64,000 bases of DNA. Origin: Polyangiaceae bacterium. Its GTDB lineage: Bacteria > Myxococcota_A > Polyangia > Polyangiales > Polyangiaceae. The stretch is from contig JBILLK010000012.1 of the NCBI GenBank assembly GCA_044376115.1, positions 32,001 through 96,000 on the forward strand. Direction: 5' to 3'. A program made the translations under genes and the position numbers. The notes below the pieces were generated by a model. It worked only from the letters and a program-made list of their open reading frames with translations, had not been told where the DNA came from and did not search any database. Positions 40,281 through 49,865 of the stretch are shown piece after piece (within the stretch, counting starts at the first letter, position 1; each line of letters begins with the position of its first letter).

Positions 40281-40441
40281 CGCAGCTCCGGCCATTCGGT
40301 CTTTTCGCATTCTGAGCGCTCCGCTGGAACACCCGATCGACGAGCAGCACACTTTTTTCGGCCTGCAGCCGCTACCCACACTTCGCACCTCTCGTGCGCG
40401 TACGCAGCGCAGGCTGATACACTGAGCTGGTGAGACCGGTG

Positions 40442-42226
40442 ATGCAGGCGGATTGGCGTGAACGCTTGATGAAGCAGACGTCGATCTGGTTCGGCCTCGC
40501 AGGGCTTACGATCTCGATCCTAGCGACCACGGCGTTGGCCGGGCAGCAGGCCCACGTGGGCGCTGGTTTACTTGCGGGGCTGCTCGGACTGTGCACGCTC
40601 GCGGTAGCCTTCCTGAAGATTCCTGCGCGGACGCGCGCCGTCGCGTTCGTGGTCGTGGCTTTCTTGGCCAGCCTGTACGGCTACGCTTTCTTCGCATTCC
40701 TCTCGGGGCCCGCGCTGGTTGCTGCTGCCGCTGTCCTATTTGCAGGCTTGCTGCTGGGCAAACGCGCCGTGGTGATGCTGGTGATTGGTCTTGGACTCTG
40801 CGTTGCCGTGATTGGTTGGGCTATGGTGACTGGCCGGCTATCTGGCCCTCCTCCGGAGCTGTCGTCGCCCCAGTCACCACTCGCCTGGGCGAGAACAACC
40901 ATCATCTCCTGCGTATTCTGGACGACGCTCGGACTCTCATTGGCTGGCGTGATTCGCGCGCTCGAAGAATCGGCTCACAAGGAGCGCGAAGCGGTGGAAC
41001 AGCTGCGAGCAGAGCAGATGAAGCGCGCTCAGGCTGATCAGGAGCGCGCCGTCGCCGAACGCATCGCGGTGAGCGCCCAGAAGATGGAGGCCGTTGGACG
41101 CCTAGCAGCAGGCGTCGCTCACGACTTCAACAACGCACTGCAGGTGATTCAGAGCTGGAATGAGCTGTCGAATGAGGCCGACGCGACCGCAGACGATCGC
41201 GCAGACGCAGCGGAGGCGATTCGAACCGCATGTGGGCAAGCCCGAGGGTTGGCCAAGCAACTCTTGGTGCTGTCTCGCAGCAGTGCTCGTACGCCCCACG
41301 ATGTTTCACTCGGTGCACTTTTGGCTTCCACCATGAAGACCTTGCGTCGCGTCATCCCCGAGGACCTGACGTTGGTGCACGAGAGCACAGGCGACGTCTG
41401 GGTCCACGCCGACGAAGTTCAATTGCAGCAGATCGTGCTCAACCTCGCCCTCAACGCGCGCGACGCCGCCCACGGCGGCGGCACCGTATTCATGCGGACG
41501 CGAGAGGAGCTACTACAGGAGGCTAGAACCGTGGCAACGGGGGAACTCCCTCCTGGCCGCTACGCGGTGGTCGAGATCGAAGATACGGGAGCGGGAATGA
41601 CGCCCGAAACGCTCGCGCGAGCGTTCGAACCGTTCTTCAGCACGAAGACCCCAAGCAAAGGGACAGGCTTGGGGCTGGCGACCGTGCGCGCAGTCGTCGC
41701 CGAGCATGCCGGCCACATCGATCTGTGGAGCGAACTCGGCAAGGGCACCCGGGTCAGCGTCTTCTTGCAGGCCGCACAGACCCAGCAAGGACGGCGCTTG
41801 GCGACACCGCTGAATGTCGCAGCTACGGGCGTGGCTGGCCGCGTGCTGCTGGTCGAGGACAACGTACAAGTGCGCGCCCTCTTCGAGCGAACGCTGCGAT
41901 CGAGCGGGCATACCGTCGAGCTAGCTTCGAATGGCGATGAGGCCCTCACAGCGATTGCTGCGAACAAGTTTGACCTACTGTGTACCGACGCAGTGATGCC
42001 GGGCGCGCCGCTACGCCAAATCGTGGATGCCTTTGAAACGGCGAACCCCAAAGCCCCCATCCTGGTTTGCTCTGGCTATGTGGAAGAAGAGATCACCAGG
42101 CGTGGGATCGAGCAAGGCCGCTACCAACTTTTGCGTAAGCCGTTTCAACCCGGCCAGCTGGTGCGGGCGGTCAACGAGGCGCTCTACAGCCGAAACACCG
42201 CGCTTCCCGAGCCGTCCGCAACCTGA
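40442..42226 (+). CDS. Membrane-bound hybrid histidine kinase / receiver
   Basis: Multi-TM N-terminus. H-box GVAHDFNN, N-box [23 protein letters not shown] and GTGLGL. Receiver domain LLVED, TDAVMP, KPF. Confidence 0.95.
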   Translation: MQADWRERLMKQTSIWFGLAGLTISILATTALAGQQAHVGAGLLAGLLGLCTLAVAFLKIPARTRAVAFVVVAFLASLYGYAFFAFLSGPALVAAAAVLFAGLLLGKRAVVMLVIGLGLCVAVIGWAMVTGRLSGPPPELSSPQSPLAWARTTIISCVFWTTLGLSLAGVIRALEESAHKEREAVEQLRAEQMKRAQADQERAVAERIAVSAQKMEAVGRLAAGVAHDFNNALQVIQSWNELSNEADATADDRADAAEAIRTACGQARGLAKQLLVLSRSSARTPHDVSLGALLASTMKTLRRVIPEDLTLVHESTGDVWVHADEVQLQQIVLNLALNARDAAHGGGTVFMRTREELLQEARTVATGELPPGRYAVVEIEDTGAGMTPETLARAFEPFFSTKTPSKGTGLGLATVRAVVAEHAGHIDLWSELGKGTRVSVFLQAAQTQQGRRLATPLNVAATGVAGRVLLVEDNVQVRALFERTLRSSGHTVELASNGDEALTAIAANKFDLLCTDAVMPGAPLRQIVDAFETANPKAPILVCSGYVEEEITRRGIEQGRYQLLRKPFQPGQLVRAVNEALYSRNTALPEPSAT

Positions 42227-42230
42227 CCGA

Positions 42231-45161
42231 CTAGGCGAGTAACGACTTGGCCACGAGCAGCACGGCCGCCGCAAACACACCCGCGAGCACGTCGTCGGCG
42301 ACCACTCCGAAGCCACCGCGAAGCCGTTGGTCCGCCCAGCGAATGGGACCTGGCTTGAAGATGTCGAACAAGCGAAAGAGCGCAAAGCCAAGGCCGACCC
42401 ACAGCGGACTGAACGGCAAGACTACGAGCGGGATGGCACAGCCGACGGTCTCGTCGATCACGATCTCCTGAGGGTCTTTCGCGCCGCGTTCAGGGCTTTG
42501 CTCCCGTAGGTACTTCTCCGCAGCGACCACCGCCACCACGGTCAAAACAGAAACCACCGCGAGCCTAATGGGGACGCTAAACGACACCAGCGACCAGGTC
42601 AGCGGAATGGCGAGCAGCGCGCCCACGGTGCCAGGCGCAATCGGGCTTCGCCCGGCCCCAAGCGAGGTTGAGACCCACGTCGCCACGCTCCAGCGAGCCC
42701 GCGGTGCACCAGCCAACGGGAGGAAGCTCAGCGCCATAGGCAGCAGCACGACACAAGCGATGAAGTTGATAGAGAGGCCCAGGATCGCCAACTTTCCAAG
42801 GCTGGAAAGCCCCGGATGCGCCGCAAATGCGAGCACACCAAATCCGAAAACATCCGTAAGGATGGCGCCCGTAACGTCCCAACCCGTGTGGCTCCACACC
42901 TCGCCGAGCGGCTCTCCAGCCTCGACACGTGCGACCAAGTGAGCACCGTCGTCGACGCCGATGCCGAGCAGGATCGGGAGCACGATCATGTTTAGGTAGT
43001 TGAGATCCAACCCGAGCAACGCTGCAGCACCTGCGGTGGCTGCGAGCGTAAAGACGGCGGGAGCGAGGGCGAGCAACGCCAAGCGGATTTTGCCGAGCGC
43101 CAAGATCAGCGAGCTGAGTACAAGCACGAAGGTCAACGCGATGATGCGAGGTGCGTCGCGCTCCACAGTGAGTAGAACATCCGCGAGCACGAGCGGTTCA
43201 CCCGCAGCTGCAACCGATTGCCCCGAGGGCAGCTCCACACGCCGCAGCTGTGAGGCCAACCGCTTGATGGGCTCCGCCTCGCCCAGCCCGACCGTTGGGT
43301 ACAGCAAGACGAACTCAACCGGCGTTGCGCCTTCACGCGCCTCAAAGACGTAACGAAGCGAAGGGGGTAGATCCGCCGCAGCAAAAGGCTCGGCGTCGGC
43401 CATCTTGCGCAGCCGCTCGACGTTCTTGTTCGTCGTCTCGTCCAGCCCGTCGCCTTTGAAGCGCGACAGCGTCTTGCGCATCTGGACCAAGATCTCGCGC
43501 TTCTCGGTTTGGCCCTCGGGCAGGATGTCGGCGCGCGTAGCCACGAGCCCGATCGTCGCAGCGCTGCCGAGATCGGCCATTTTTAGGCGAACGGTCTCGG
43601 CGATCTCGCGCGATTGCGCAGGGCTCTCGGCCAGGATCACGATCGGAGTTTGCGAACGTCCGAGCAGCTTGTTGACCTCCTTGTCCAGGTGAAAGCTGGG
43701 CAGGTCTGCGTCGTCGAGCTTGGAGAAATCCGCGTCGAAGTGAACGCGTTGGGCGTTGCTGATGACGAGGAAACCACCGAGCGCCAAGAGCCAAAAGACG
43801 GGACTGGCAAAACGCTGCATCCAGGGCACGCCCGGGAGATGGCGCGCGGCCGGAGGCTCCGCCAGCCGCGGCGCAAACCGCGCGAGCAGGCCTAAGAGCG
43901 CTGGGAGCAGCGTGATGTAGGCGAAGAGCAACAGCAGCATGCCGCTCCCTGCGAGCACGCCGAACTCACGGAACGCGCGGAAGTCGGTCCACGTAAGCGC
44001 GATGAAGGCTGATGCGGTGGTGAGTGCGGCGGCCAGCGCGACGCGGCCTGCTTCGCCGAAGGCGATCGCGATAGCCGCTTCCGGCGTTAGGCCGCGCCGA
44101 ACCTCCTCTTGGTAGCGGCCGAGCAGGTGCAGACCGTTGTCGATGCTGATGCCAACGAGGATCGCCCCGATGAAGGCCGTGAGCACGTTGAGCTTGCCGA
44201 AGAGCGCGCCCGCTAGCCCGTACGACCAGAGGATGCCGAGCCCCAGCGGAAGCAGCACCATCACAACGGCGAGCGGACGTCGAAAGTGCAGGGTGACGTA
44301 AAGCAGGATCAGCGCGGAGGCGACGAGCGAGGTCCACTTTAGATCTCGACCGAGCAGCGCCTGCAGATCGACGCGCTTTTTGTACCTGCCGGTAAGCTGC
44401 GCCTCCATACCCGAAGGTGGTGGCAGGACTGAGATCACCTTCTCGACGTCTGCTACGACCTGCTTCGAGAAATCGAGATCGCTCGCGAGCTTGGTCGGTC
44501 GAATGAAGATGGCCAGCCGCTCTTGCTCATCCTCGTAGTACGCGCTCGACCCCGCCTGGGTGGAGCGACCGAGGTTGCGAGAGAAACGTTGCTCGTACTT
44601 CGCGGTCAAATCCGAGACGTCCACGCTGGGGGGCTTCTCGTCATCGATGTCAACGAAGCTTCGTTCGATCTCCCACCGTTTGCGAGCCTCCAGCCGATCG
44701 CGGAGTGACTCGAGATCGGCCTGCTCAGCAAAGTACAACCCCCGTTCGCTGAAGAACTCGACGGGTACCCGGTGGTCAACGAACTTCACCGATTCGAGTT
44801 CAGCCAACTTGGGCGCGAGTGCGTCAGCGTAGGCTCGCCGTTCATCTCTCGAACCGCCGTTGACCATCACAACGACGTTGCCCACCCCACCAAAACGATC
44901 GCGCAGCTTTTGAACCTGCTGCACGCTCTCGTAGCTTGGTGGGAGCAACTGCGTAACGTCAGGGTCGAGCTTGAGGTTACCGGCGGACCAAAAGCCCAAC
45001 GCCGCCAGCATTCCCAGCACGAGCACCGCGTGAACCGGCCGTCGAAAACACGACAGCGCGAGGGCAGTCAGAGCTGCCCGTAGGACACCGGTGATACCGG
45101 CGTTTTTCTTCAGTTCGCTGCTGTTCGAGGGGCCTGAATCGCTATCAGGCGCCACTCGCAT
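42231..45161 (-). CDS. MMPL/RND lipid exporter (HpnN-like) fused to a C-terminal PgpA-family phosphatase
   Basis: Two MMPL halves with GISIDNGLH and GIGVDDGAH TM motifs. The last ~150 aa carry PgpA motifs APGTVG, DPQEIVIDE, FRLFDIFKP and GVVADDVLAG in the same open frame. Confidence 0.9.
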   Translation of the reverse strand: MRVAPDSDSGPSNSSELKKNAGITGVLRAALTALALSCFRRPVHAVLVLGMLAALGFWSAGNLKLDPDVTQLLPPSYESVQQVQKLRDRFGGVGNVVVMVNGGSRDERRAYADALAPKLAELESVKFVDHRVPVEFFSERGLYFAEQADLESLRDRLEARKRWEIERSFVDIDDEKPPSVDVSDLTAKYEQRFSRNLGRSTQAGSSAYYEDEQERLAIFIRPTKLASDLDFSKQVVADVEKVISVLPPPSGMEAQLTGRYKKRVDLQALLGRDLKWTSLVASALILLYVTLHFRRPLAVVMVLLPLGLGILWSYGLAGALFGKLNVLTAFIGAILVGISIDNGLHLLGRYQEEVRRGLTPEAAIAIAFGEAGRVALAAALTTASAFIALTWTDFRAFREFGVLAGSGMLLLLFAYITLLPALLGLLARFAPRLAEPPAARHLPGVPWMQRFASPVFWLLALGGFLVISNAQRVHFDADFSKLDDADLPSFHLDKEVNKLLGRSQTPIVILAESPAQSREIAETVRLKMADLGSAATIGLVATRADILPEGQTEKREILVQMRKTLSRFKGDGLDETTNKNVERLRKMADAEPFAAADLPPSLRYVFEAREGATPVEFVLLYPTVGLGEAEPIKRLASQLRRVELPSGQSVAAAGEPLVLADVLLTVERDAPRIIALTFVLVLSSLILALGKIRLALLALAPAVFTLAATAGAAALLGLDLNYLNMIVLPILLGIGVDDGAHLVARVEAGEPLGEVWSHTGWDVTGAILTDVFGFGVLAFAAHPGLSSLGKLAILGLSINFIACVVLLPMALSFLPLAGAPRARWSVATWVSTSLGAGRSPIAPGTVGALLAIPLTWSLVSFSVPIRLAVVSVLTVVAVVAAEKYLREQSPERGAKDPQEIVIDETVGCAIPLVVLPFSPLWVGLGFALFRLFDIFKPGPIRWADQRLRGGFGVVADDVLAGVFAAAVLLVAKSLLA

Positions 45162-46407
45162 TTCGCTCCCCGAGTGCCGGAGTCAAGTTGGGCTCCGAGC
45201 CACGGTTGAGCACCGGCGGTGCAAACACATAATCGCGCAGCAGGGGGTAGTTCCAGGTAGCGAACACCACGAACCGCGCCACGACCCAAGCGATGCGGTA
45301 ATCCACCGACGGTAAGAGCAGCAACACTGCCACGCCGCCCGCGTTGAGCGCAGCGCTCGACCCGGACACGAAGACGAAGCGACCGGCCTGACGTTTCCCC
45401 TCGATGCTGCGGCTGCCTTGGAAAGCCCAGGCGCGGCCTAGCGTGAAGGCGATGAACCCACCGGCCACACAACCGAGCGCCGTGGCCGCCGGAGCGATCA
45501 CGCCCACATGCACCAACATCCAGACGAAGGAGAAGTCGATCGCCGTAGCGACGGCGCTAACGACGATGCTCTTTGGAAGAGGACGCAGATCCGTGGTGGC
45601 GCTACCACCAAGCGACTTGATCAGGTGGGCCAAGCGCTGAAGCGCAGTCGCGTGAGAGGTGGCTGCGATTGCAACGAGACCAACCACAGCGATGCGATGA
45701 ATCGGGCGTGGGTCTGAGGGCACGAGCACGGCCTCGAGCACGGGGCTGAAGGCGGTCGTCAGCCCGAGCACCACGATTCTCTCCGGCCGTTGCATGAACC
45801 CAACGTCACTCAACTTTGCTCCGAGAGCCTCACCCTTGGCGCGCACGTAGGGGACGAACAGCGAGCCAGTGAGCGCCAACAACGTGGCAAAGAGCACCCA
45901 GCTATCGCGGTAGTACCAAGCGAGGCCAACGAGCACCGCCGATTCACAATACCGATCCAAAACCGAGTCGAGCGCAGCACCGCTGGTAGAAGCGCGGCCC
46001 GTCACACGAGCGACTCGACCGTCAAGAAAGTCGAGGGCGCCGGCGGCAAGGTAGAGCCAACCACCGAGCGAGAAACGCCCGGCGGCCAAAGCGACGCCCG
46101 AACCCAGCGCAAGACCCACGGACAGCGTGGTGATGGCGTTGGGCGGCACCTCGGCGTTCGCCAGGGTCTGCCAAAGCGGGCGCATCAGCCAAGCGAAGAA
46201 GTGGCGCATGCGCGCAGAGGTGAGCCCTCCGAGGCCACGCCCATCCATCTCTTCGTCATGAAACTTGCCGGAGTAGCGGTTGCGAACCACGTAAACGCCG
46301 AGCCCAATGAGGGTGTAGGCCAGCAACACCAAAGCCGGCGCAGCAGCGCTCCAGATGCGCCCGCCGGTCGAGAGGTTGCCAGAGACCCATTGCCAAATCG
46401 TGTTCAT
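45145..46407 (-). CDS. CDP-alcohol phosphatidyltransferase (PIP synthase-like) fused to a GtrA-like domain
   Basis: PNAITT, DFLDGRVAR...GAALDSVLDRY, YVRAKGE and GFMQRPER. C-terminal four-TM region ATAIDF...WAF...RFVFVS...NYPLLRDYVF. Confidence 0.9.
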   Translation of the reverse strand: MNTIWQWVSGNLSTGGRIWSAAAPALVLLAYTLIGLGVYVVRNRYSGKFHDEEMDGRGLGGLTSARMRHFFAWLMRPLWQTLANAEVPPNAITTLSVGLALGSGVALAAGRFSLGGWLYLAAGALDFLDGRVARVTGRASTSGAALDSVLDRYCESAVLVGLAWYYRDSWVLFATLLALTGSLFVPYVRAKGEALGAKLSDVGFMQRPERIVVLGLTTAFSPVLEAVLVPSDPRPIHRIAVVGLVAIAATSHATALQRLAHLIKSLGGSATTDLRPLPKSIVVSAVATAIDFSFVWMLVHVGVIAPAATALGCVAGGFIAFTLGRAWAFQGSRSIEGKRQAGRFVFVSGSSAALNAGGVAVLLLLPSVDYRIAWVVARFVVFATWNYPLLRDYVFAPPVLNRGSEPNLTPALGERNASGA

Positions 46408-47384
46408 TGAGCGAGTTCCTTGGGGACCGAAGCCGGCCCCGAACGGGAGTGCCTACGCAGGAGGAAGCGAGCTGTCGTGTCCCCGGTTATCGCCACCGCT
46501 ACACCCGCCAAAACGTCGAGAATGTAGTGGTGGCGGAGGTACACGGCTGCGAACGCCATGAGCATGGCCCACAGCGCACAGCCGTAGCTGAGAGCAGGAA
46601 GCTTGCCACGCAGCTGCCACACCGCGAGCGCGGGCACCGCGCCGTACCCGGCGTGAAGGGACGGCATTGCACCGAAGACGTTGTGGCTCTTCTCGTAAAA
46701 CGATTGAAACAGGTGAACGCCGAACAGCTGATCGAAGCGAATGGTGCCGGCTGCGCTAGGCAGCGCGTCGAGCTGCGCCGGCCCAAGCCCGTAGGTGTCC
46801 ACGTACCAAGGTGGAGCCGCGGGCCATGCCAACCAGATTGCCCACCCCAACACGCTCGTAACGCCGAATGAAATACTCAGCCGCCGAGCGACAGGCTCAT
46901 GCCGGAAGTAGAGCAACGACGCGAGGATGATCGGAAAGGGTAGGTAGAGGATGTAAACTCCGCCGGTCACCGCATCCAGCACCGGGTGAGTATGGGTGGC
47001 GATCCATTCGCCCAGATCGGTCGGACCGCTAGCGCCCTGAAAACCGAATAGCGACCGTTCGGCATTCCACAGCGAATCGACGTGGACCTCTGGCCGAAGG
47101 TGAGTGATCAGCCTCAGAAAGTCATAGCCAATCCCCGCCAACCACATGGGCGAGCCCATCACCACGTAGGCTCGTGCTTTTGGCCCGAGCCAGCTAAGGA
47201 TGAGGAAGACGGAAACGAGGCCTATGTGGTCTGGACGTAAGCCGAGGAGCGTGGCCTGCGCCAGTAGGATCCCCGGAAAAACCACGAGTGAGGCCCAGGC
47301 CCACCACGCAAGTGGCCCGCGCGGAACCAGCTTTTCAGCCAGTCCCGGTCGGCGTAGCTCACTTGCGGGGACCACAGACGCCAT
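46404..47384 (-). CDS. AUR1/inositol-phosphorylceramide synthase-like PAP2 membrane protein
   Basis: PAAPPWY, GAMPSLHAG and YLRHHYILD are the AUR1/PAP2_3 motifs. Multi-TM. Start is 47384 (ATG) or 47390 (TTG). Confidence 0.88.
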   Translation of the reverse strand: MASVVPASELRRPGLAEKLVPRGPLAWWAWASLVVFPGILLAQATLLGLRPDHIGLVSVFLILSWLGPKARAYVVMGSPMWLAGIGYDFLRLITHLRPEVHVDSLWNAERSLFGFQGASGPTDLGEWIATHTHPVLDAVTGGVYILYLPFPIILASLLYFRHEPVARRLSISFGVTSVLGWAIWLAWPAAPPWYVDTYGLGPAQLDALPSAAGTIRFDQLFGVHLFQSFYEKSHNVFGAMPSLHAGYGAVPALAVWQLRGKLPALSYGCALWAMLMAFAAVYLRHHYILDVLAGVAVAITGDTTARFLLRRHSRSGPASVPKELAQ

Positions 47385-47391
47385 CGTCAAC

Positions 47392-48708
47392 TCAGTCGTA
47401 GTACTCGTTGCCGAGGTGCGTGATCATTGGCTCATTCTTCATCCACCGCAGCGTGTTCTTGAGCTTCATCGACTGAATGAAGAGGTCATGCTCGGGGTAG
47501 AGTTCCGGCGCAGTCATTGGGCTCTTGAAGTAGAAGCTCAACCACTCTTGCGTGCCTCGGAAGTCGGCGCGCTGAGCGAGGTCGAGGTAGAGCGCGAGGT
47601 CGAGGACGATGGGCGCCGCGAGGATTGAATCCCGGCATAGGAAGTCCACCTTGATCTGCATGGGGTAGCCGAGCCAACCGAAGATATCGATGTTGTCCCA
47701 GCCCTCCTTCGCGTCTCCCCGCGGCGGGTAATACTCGATACGGACCTTGTGATAGAGATTGCCGTAAAGATCGGGCGACTTTTCGGGCTGAAGGATGGTC
47801 TCGAGGACGCCCAACTTCGACACTTCCTTGGTCTTGAAGTTGTCAGGGTCATCCAGGACCTCACCGTCGCGATTGCCGAGAATGTTGGTCGAGAACCACC
47901 CGCTGATGCCGAGGTTCCTCGCTTTGAAGCCGGGCGCGAGGATGGTCTTCATCAACGTCTGACCGGTCTTGAAGTCCTTACCAGCAATCGGCACGCCCAT
48001 CTCGCGGGCAAGCTCCCAAGCCGCGGGGAAATCGACCGAGAGGTTCGGTGAGCCATTGGCGTACGGCACGCGCTCTTTGAGGCAGGCCCAGGCGTAAAGC
48101 TGCGAACTAGCGATCGCCGGATGATTCTCCAGCAGGCCCTTCTCGAACGCAGCCACCGACTCGTGGACGGCGGTTGGCTCGATATAGATCTCGGTGCTTC
48201 CGCACCAGACCGCAACCACGCGGTCCACACCCTCGGACTTCTTGAAATCGCGGATGTCCTGACGAAGCTGCTCGACCAACTCCGCCTTCGTCTTGGCCTG
48301 CTTGACGTGGGTGCCGTGCAACCGCTTGACGTACTCGGGGAAGAAGGCGGCCTTCATCGGTTTGATGGCCGCGAGCTCCTCTGCGATCGGGTCCAGGTGC
48401 TTGCTACTCAAAACATCCGCGTGCTTCGCAGACTCGAGCAGGTTGTCGGGGAAGATGTCCCAACCGCCGAACACCAGATCCTCGAGCGGAGCGAGCGGTA
48501 CGAAGTCGCGAATCATCGGTGCGCGATCATCCGTACGTTTACCGAGCCGAATGGTGCCGAGTTGGGTCATCGACCCGATGGGCTTTCCGAGCCCCCTGCG
48601 TGCGGCCATCACTCCCGCAACGAAGGTGGTTGCGACCGCTCCGAGACCGGGCAGTAAGACTCCAAGTTTACCAGTGTGGGGTCGGATCTGTTTGGGCGGT
48701 TCTCGCAT
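47392..48708 (-). CDS. ino1: myo-inositol-3-phosphate (1-phosphate) synthase
   Basis: GLGAVAT, GGWD, WCGSTE, NGSPN, GKDFKTGQT, NILGNRDG, GDAKE and DSILAAPIVLDL. Confidence 0.96.
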   Translation of the reverse strand: MREPPKQIRPHTGKLGVLLPGLGAVATTFVAGVMAARRGLGKPIGSMTQLGTIRLGKRTDDRAPMIRDFVPLAPLEDLVFGGWDIFPDNLLESAKHADVLSSKHLDPIAEELAAIKPMKAAFFPEYVKRLHGTHVKQAKTKAELVEQLRQDIRDFKKSEGVDRVVAVWCGSTEIYIEPTAVHESVAAFEKGLLENHPAIASSQLYAWACLKERVPYANGSPNLSVDFPAAWELAREMGVPIAGKDFKTGQTLMKTILAPGFKARNLGISGWFSTNILGNRDGEVLDDPDNFKTKEVSKLGVLETILQPEKSPDLYGNLYHKVRIEYYPPRGDAKEGWDNIDIFGWLGYPMQIKVDFLCRDSILAAPIVLDLALYLDLAQRADFRGTQEWLSFYFKSPMTAPELYPEHDLFIQSMKLKNTLRWMKNEPMITHLGNEYYD

Positions 48709-48992
48709 GAAATAATCCTTAACGGGCTGCGTCTTTCGTTCGGTCTATGGCGTTTGAGGCTTGCTCTGTCAACGAAGTGGCAATTAGTCCGGCCGCTTCT
48801 TAACCAACCGTTAACAAACGGAATTAGTGTGGCCTGCTCAGCAACCAGGAAAGGGCCTGGCACCGGCGAGATCGTGCTCGTGGTTGGCCAACAGCCGCTC
48901 GGTTCTTCATCGAAAGATGAGTGAGCATGCTCAACAATCCTCTTGGGTAATTTACTGCGTCAAACACGCCACAGTTGTTCGACACTCGCGCG

Positions 48993-49865
48993 ATGAAAAC
49001 CGTCTCGCGGCTCGCGCTGGTCGTTGTGGGTCTCACTACCTTCGCTGGCTGCGGCTCCAAGGATGCGGGAAAAGACACGCGGGCGAAGGACGACGAAAGC
49101 GAAGAGGACGCACCCACGAAGAAGAAAAAGAAACCGACGTCGAGCGCCACGGCGACGGCCAGCTCCGTCGCGACCGCTGCAGCTCCGACGCCGCCTCCAA
49201 CGCCCACCCCCACCAGCACCGACACGGCGCCATCGGTCAGCGACAATAAGCCGCCGAGCGGCCCTGTTACCGACCCGAATCAGCAGACGTATGCGGACGT
49301 TGCCAACCCCATCGCAGACAACTGCGCTAGCCCTTCGGTGTTGGTTACATCGGCACCGGAAAGCGTAGGTCCCGACTACCCGTGGACCTGGACGCGACAA
49401 GCCATGCTTGCGAATCAGCAGTTCAAGGTAGTCTCGGGATCCCCCGCGGCGCACGGGGAAGTGGCCTTCGAGGTCCACCAAGCCTCTGACACCTTCAAGA
49501 ATGCTTGGGTGCTGGTTGCAAAGTGCCACGACGGTAGTACCTGCAACAAGCTAGCGGCCGTCAGCAAGGCGATCATCCGGGGTGCTGTTTCGCAGCCGGT
49601 GTGTGGCCCGCTGCCGATGCAGCTATCAGCATCCACCTTCAAGAAGCCGGTGCTGCGCGAACTTGGGGCGCCGCAGAACACGCTGCCGGAGTCGAGCGAT
49701 ATCAGCGGTCAGTGCGCGCGCCTGCACGCCTGCACCATCGCGATGGATCCAATCGCAAACGCGAAGACCAACATCGGGCTCGACTGTCAAAAGAGCCCAT
49801 CCAACTTCAAGACCTCCTGCGCGACCCGCTACCCCTGTGTTGAAGTGACCAAGTGCCTGGAATGA
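48993..49865 (+). CDS. Hypothetical lipoprotein with a Cys-containing C-terminal domain
   Basis: Lipobox FAGC and a K/T/P-rich linker. Its stop overlaps the next ATG. Confidence 0.75.
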   Translation: MKTVSRLALVVVGLTTFAGCGSKDAGKDTRAKDDESEEDAPTKKKKKPTSSATATASSVATAAAPTPPPTPTPTSTDTAPSVSDNKPPSGPVTDPNQQTYADVANPIADNCASPSVLVTSAPESVGPDYPWTWTRQAMLANQQFKVVSGSPAAHGEVAFEVHQASDTFKNAWVLVAKCHDGSTCNKLAAVSKAIIRGAVSQPVCGPLPMQLSASTFKKPVLRELGAPQNTLPESSDISGQCARLHACTIAMDPIANAKTNIGLDCQKSPSNFKTSCATRYPCVEVTKCLE

